DNA of 45,016 nt, from IMG/VR virus record IMGVR_UViG_3300037424_002632, positions 1-45,016 of that record; one strand, 5' to 3'. A program made the translations under genes and the position numbers. Shown piece after piece: positions 41,036 through 45,016 of the stretch. Source of the stretch: a virus. Its lineage: Duplodnaviria > Caudoviricetes. The notes beneath the pieces were generated by a model. That model worked only from the letters and a program-made list of their open reading frames with translations. It was not told the origin of the DNA and did not search any database. Numbering within the stretch: position 1 is the first letter of the stretch; each line of letters begins with the position of its first letter.

Positions 41036-42612
41036 TAGGCCCTCTTGACCTTAAAGCCGTCCAGAGACAGCAGCGGGACCTCGCCCCGCCTGATGGACTT
41101 GCTCATGCCGGTAATGAAGAATTTCAGGCCGTCAGGCAACCGAATGGAGTCGCCGACCTCCAGGGCTGGATCGTTCTGGATGACCAGTTTTCGGGGAAAG
41201 CACTGCGATTTTTCCCAGATCAGTTCCAGCAGGGCGATGGCGTCGGCCTGTCCCTGGGTGCCAAGAAAATCGTTCTTGATGACCCGCTCATTCTCCTGCC
41301 AATATTCCAGGTTGCACTCGACGGCGATGGACTGTTTTTCCAGGTAAACAAAATCATACGGGGTGCCCCAAACTTCATATTGGCCAGTGCCGATGCACAT
41401 CATCATGGCGAGGATCTGGACCAGGGTGAGGGACTGGGACAGCCGGCCGACCGGGATGGTCATGCCGCCCAAAGGCAGAGAAACATCGCCGATATATGAG
41501 GCGATCAGGTATTCGGCCAGGGCCCCGGCGAACATCGCCGGCGACCACCAGGGAACCGTAATATTAATCTGCCCGTGGAAGTCGTCTATCTGTTCGTAAG
41601 CTTCCCGGGCCCATTCCAGGCCGAAGTTGCCGCCCATGGCCAGGCGGCCCACTTTGGTCACGACGGACTGCTTGATGATCAGGCTGGTGTTCTTGGCCCG
41701 TTGTTTGTGGTCGTCTCCCCACCAGCAATCCAGATGAATGGCGGGCATGAAAAAGCCAGCCGTGATATTGGCGCTTCCCAAAATCTGATAGGTTCCCTCT
41801 ACCTCTTCCAAGGTGGAGTCCAGGAAGATCACCCGAATCTTATTGATGGCCTCTTGGCTGTACTCAGGCACTTCATAATCCAAAATCTTCTTCCAATCGG
41901 TCAGGCGCCTGGACTCGGGGGCGGCAAGGTTCTTGGTGAAGCACGACAGCCTTCCGTCCCCGTCAAAATAGGGCACCGCGCCGATGGCCTCCAGGATACT
42001 GGAGATGCCGGCCCACGGAGCCACCTGAACCAACTGATTGACCTGGTGCTTGAGCTGCAGCCCCAGGGTGGAGGGAATCCGAATCTCGTTCTCCGTCAGG
42101 CCCATGAAGCGGGTGCACACGTCCCGGAGTACCACCCCGATTTCGGTGCCGGCCGAATATTGCTTCGTGGTGATGGAACGCCGTTTCCAGCTTTGGTTGT
42201 TCTCCCGGGAATAGACCGATACCCGGGATTCCAGGGTCTTGGAGCGGCGTGACCGCTTCCAGCCCACCTGTCCCTGGATCTGCCCGGTGAAGGTGTTCAC
42301 CCAATCGGCTTCCGCCAGGTTGACATCGCCCTCCTGTAACCGGAGTATGGCCCCGTCTACCAGGTAGTTGCGCCGGACTCCGAAGTCCGGGTGGAAAACG
42401 GCCTCAGCATCTTGCAGCACGAAGGCCAGCCGGGTGGGGGTCCAACTGATATCAGAACAGTACGGGGTCAGGTCGAACGGGGTCTGAGTGTAGGTACCGC
42501 AGACTATTGCCGACATCGAATCGAGTTTCGGATCAAAAGCCAGGATCTTATAGGCGGGCCGGGGCCGGTTCGCCTGTAAAACCGACTCGAAATTGTACGG
42601 CAAGGTCCTCAT
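41035..42612 (-). CDS. Tail tip hub (Tal-like) protein
   Basis: Start re-assigned to MRTLPYN (ATGA overlap); FTGQI, PYFDGDGRL and DPALEVGDSI motifs. Confidence 0.7.
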   Translation of the reverse strand: MRTLPYNFESVLQANRPRPAYKILAFDPKLDSMSAIVCGTYTQTPFDLTPYCSDISWTPTRLAFVLQDAEAVFHPDFGVRRNYLVDGAILRLQEGDVNLAEADWVNTFTGQIQGQVGWKRSRRSKTLESRVSVYSRENNQSWKRRSITTKQYSAGTEIGVVLRDVCTRFMGLTENEIRIPSTLGLQLKHQVNQLVQVAPWAGISSILEAIGAVPYFDGDGRLSCFTKNLAAPESRRLTDWKKILDYEVPEYSQEAINKIRVIFLDSTLEEVEGTYQILGSANITAGFFMPAIHLDCWWGDDHKQRAKNTSLIIKQSVVTKVGRLAMGGNFGLEWAREAYEQIDDFHGQINITVPWWSPAMFAGALAEYLIASYIGDVSLPLGGMTIPVGRLSQSLTLVQILAMMMCIGTGQYEVWGTPYDFVYLEKQSIAVECNLEYWQENERVIKNDFLGTQGQADAIALLELIWEKSQCFPRKLVIQNDPALEVGDSIRLPDGLKFFITGMSKSIRRGEVPLLSLDGFKVKRA

Positions 42613-43166
42613 GCGGGAATCTCTCCGATGATCCGGAAAGTCAAGACCACTTCCTGTAAAACGATCCCGGCCTGACAAGCGAACAGATTCATGGCGATAC
42701 CTTCGGTCCCGCCCACTGTCAGCGATTCGATCTCGATATAGTAGCCTTTGGTGGTGCGGTCCTTGGGCCACCATTCGATGTACCCGGAGGCAGGCGGGTT
42801 AGCAAAGTATTCCCAGAGCTGCCGCAGCATATCCAGGGTCATGTGGGAGGTCTTATCGTCACCCTTCCAGTGCTCGACCACCGGGCGGTCCTTGACGTAC
42901 CCGGGCCACCGGGCCATGGCCACGTCCGAGAGGGTCATTTCGGCCTTGAACAGCGGCCTAGCCGTCAGAGGCTCCGTGTCGAAGTTGTCCCACCACTCCG
43001 GGTTCTGCTCGTAGACGATGGGCGGCAGCGCGTTCGCCGGGTAATGCAGTTCCCTTACAACATTAGCGCCAGTGTTCTCAGGCAAGAGCACCAGGTCCAG
43101 GGCTTCTTGATAAGCCTCGACGGGTTCCTGAATCTCGAAGGCGGTCTGTGCAGTTAGATCAGGCAT
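42609..43166 (-). CDS. Distal tail-like protein
   Basis: 185 aa upstream of hub gene; ends VVLTFRII; call mainly positional. Confidence 0.5.
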   Translation of the reverse strand: MPDLTAQTAFEIQEPVEAYQEALDLVLLPENTGANVVRELHYPANALPPIVYEQNPEWWDNFDTEPLTARPLFKAEMTLSDVAMARWPGYVKDRPVVEHWKGDDKTSHMTLDMLRQLWEYFANPPASGYIEWWPKDRTTKGYYIEIESLTVGGTEGIAMNLFACQAGIVLQEVVLTFRIIGEIPA

Positions 43167-44254
43167 TATAGGGCTCCATCGTTGATACTGGCTGCCAGGA
43201 TTAGCGTGTCCTCCCCGGATTCAGCCGGGGCCTGGTACAATAAGCTGACGGCGCCGTTCACTGCACTTGAGGCTTCGGCTCTCAAGAGGGTGCCCTGGGC
43301 CGGGGCCACTAACGATCCGATTACCCGATAGGGCGTCACCCCTTCCCCGGCGTTCCCATACAGGTGGGCCACGAACTCCACCAGGTCCCCGGCCCGGTGG
43401 CGATTGACCGGGACCGGATCGGTCATGCCGATGATTTTCACCAACGGGCGATAGAACTCAAACTGGCACTGGTTAGCCCCATCCTCAGCATCATGCCGCT
43501 GCCGTAAGACTACCAGCCGCCCCCGTTTCGGGTCCCAGGTCATGAGAAAATTGTAGGTGTCCGGATGGTCGTCGGGCTGGACACTGGACAGCATTTCCCA
43601 ACGGGGAGAGGGGTCTTTGTAGTTGGCCTTGAGAATCAAGCCATCCTTGGTAATCACCCAGCAAATCTCGCGGCTCTCCATGCACAGATAGCCGAGCGTG
43701 TTCGGCAGCCTCAGGGCTTTTATCAGGGTCGGCGTTCCCGAGATGTCCCAAACCTCCAGGTTCCAGTCTTTCACCCCCACGACCAGGTTGTCCTGGAGAT
43801 TAACCAAGGCTTGTACAAAGTGTGGCTCTGGGACCCAGGTAGAAGTATCCACCAGCCAGGTGCCGTCGGCCCAATAAAGCGTGTCCCAAGGAACGTCCGA
43901 TATTTGCGGGCCGGAAGAAAAGACACAAAAAATCTTATTGTAGCTGCCCAGCCCGGCATGTTTCGGATAAGCTATTGGCCAGATCCCGCACCAGGTACGC
44001 TTGATAAATTCCCCGGTTTCGGCACTCCATTCATACCTCCAGGCCCCCCACCCCGGCCAGGCTTTTTGCTGAAACGTCATGAAACCCACAAGATGATCGT
44101 TACTGGGCTCATAAAAGAAACTGGCGAGTTGCAACAAGGTTTCCCGATAGATTCTGGGCGGAGTGCATAGCACCGCGTTATAAAAGCCATCGTTACCTTG
44201 GCACAATTCATATTCCATGATCCCGGTAACCGTCTTGATAGGCCACAGGCTCAT
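43166..44254 (-). CDS. Tail protein, beta-propeller-like plus C-terminal Ig-like domain
   Basis: Trp-rich beta strands, LEVWDIS; coupled on both sides. Confidence 0.6.
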   Translation of the reverse strand: MSLWPIKTVTGIMEYELCQGNDGFYNAVLCTPPRIYRETLLQLASFFYEPSNDHLVGFMTFQQKAWPGWGAWRYEWSAETGEFIKRTWCGIWPIAYPKHAGLGSYNKIFCVFSSGPQISDVPWDTLYWADGTWLVDTSTWVPEPHFVQALVNLQDNLVVGVKDWNLEVWDISGTPTLIKALRLPNTLGYLCMESREICWVITKDGLILKANYKDPSPRWEMLSSVQPDDHPDTYNFLMTWDPKRGRLVVLRQRHDAEDGANQCQFEFYRPLVKIIGMTDPVPVNRHRAGDLVEFVAHLYGNAGEGVTPYRVIGSLVAPAQGTLLRAEASSAVNGAVSLLYQAPAESGEDTLILAASINDGAL

Positions 44255-45016
44255 GACGGCACCTTAGCGCTCACCAGGATCGTTTCTTCCCCGATCTCAC
44301 CCGCTTCCGGCGGCCCGAAATAGTAGTTTTCGGCGTAGCCGTCGGCATCGGTTTGGCTCTTATCCTTGAGCAGTTCCCCTTTCGGGGTCCCAAGCAGGCT
44401 CCAGTGAATCCAGTAATCCGGGCACGGCTCGCCGTCATCCCCGGTCAACCGGGTCTGGACCGGGCTGCCCATCAGCCGATGCTGGTCGGTGGCCGGGATG
44501 AACGCCGGATTGGTCAGCACCGCCGGCACCGGGTCCAGGGTGTAGACCCGGACCTTGAGGTCGGCTTCTACGGCAATAATCAGCCGGTGCAGACAGTCAT
44601 ACGCCGCCATGATGCAGGGCCGGATGACGCTGCTCCAGAGCACCCGCCGATTCACGTAATCCACCATGGCCACCCGGCCGGTTTCGAAGTCGATGGCCAT
44701 CACCAGCCCCTCCCCGGCCCAGGCCAGGTGATCGTACATCGTGCCGGTGCCCGGCAAGGTCATGTAGGTGGTCTCGGCGCCGGTCACCAGGTCGATGAAA
44801 TGCAGCCGGCGGTTGACGTAGGCGTAGAGGATCAGGCCGCGGCGATCGTCCACATAACCGCCGGGCCGGAAAGCCTCGGTGGGCGGAGACCAGGCCCCGC
44901 TCAACACGTCGTCATAGTGGTAGTTGCCGGAGATTTCATCGGCAGCCCACCATTTTCCAATATCCTCACCCACGGTATAGGTGTTCATCCAGCAGTGCCG
45001 ACCATCGACCCGGGCC
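44251..45016 (-). CDS. Tail protein, 3' part (allele B); 5' end lies at 849
   Basis: Frame open to window end; same gene as 1..849. Confidence 0.9.
   Translation of the reverse strand, partial: ARVDGRHCWMNTYTVGEDIGKWWAADEISGNYHYDDVLSGAWSPPTEAFRPGGYVDDRRGLILYAYVNRRLHFIDLVTGAETTYMTLPGTGTMYDHLAWAGEGLVMAIDFETGRVAMVDYVNRRVLWSSVIRPCIMAAYDCLHRLIIAVEADLKVRVYTLDPVPAVLTNPAFIPATDQHRLMGSPVQTRLTGDDGEPCPDYWIHWSLLGTPKGELLKDKSQTDADGYAENYYFGPPEAGEIGEETILVSAKVPS
44362..45016. repeat. Terminal direct repeat, copy 2
   Basis: See 1..655. Confidence 0.97.

Overview
The window is essentially one complete temperate tailed phage genome (long non-contractile tail type, about 44,361 bp as a circle). Its ends overlap: 1..655 matches 44362..45016, with the last 127 bp identical and the preceding 528 bp a diverged allele of the same tail gene. 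The minus strand carries a lambda-like cos region, terS/terL, a glycosyltransferase/methyltransferase cassette, gpW-like joiner, portal, S49 protease with nested scaffold, Mu gpT-like capsid, tail genes with a -1 frameshift, tape measure, and (across the junction) tail tip/fibre and lysis genes. The middle holds a P4-type primase-helicase with an iteron origin, dNMP kinase, cII/cro-like genes and a repressor between two matched promoters. The plus-strand early operon contains a minimal ligase, HNH, ParB, xis and int, followed by a full tRNA-Pro. The most unusual observations are: (1) an HNH nuclease fused to a close copy of this phage's integrase arm-binding domain, across the tRNA from int; (2) a second diverged copy of the tail-completion gene in the early operon, coupled to an OB-less ligase; (3) ten REP-like palindromes with no RAYT gene, several translated in frame and two bracketing the structural copy of that duplicated gene; (4) a glycan-building cassette inside the head operon. 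All product calls come from motif recognition and gene order by eye. No database search was run and the host cannot be determined from this sequence.
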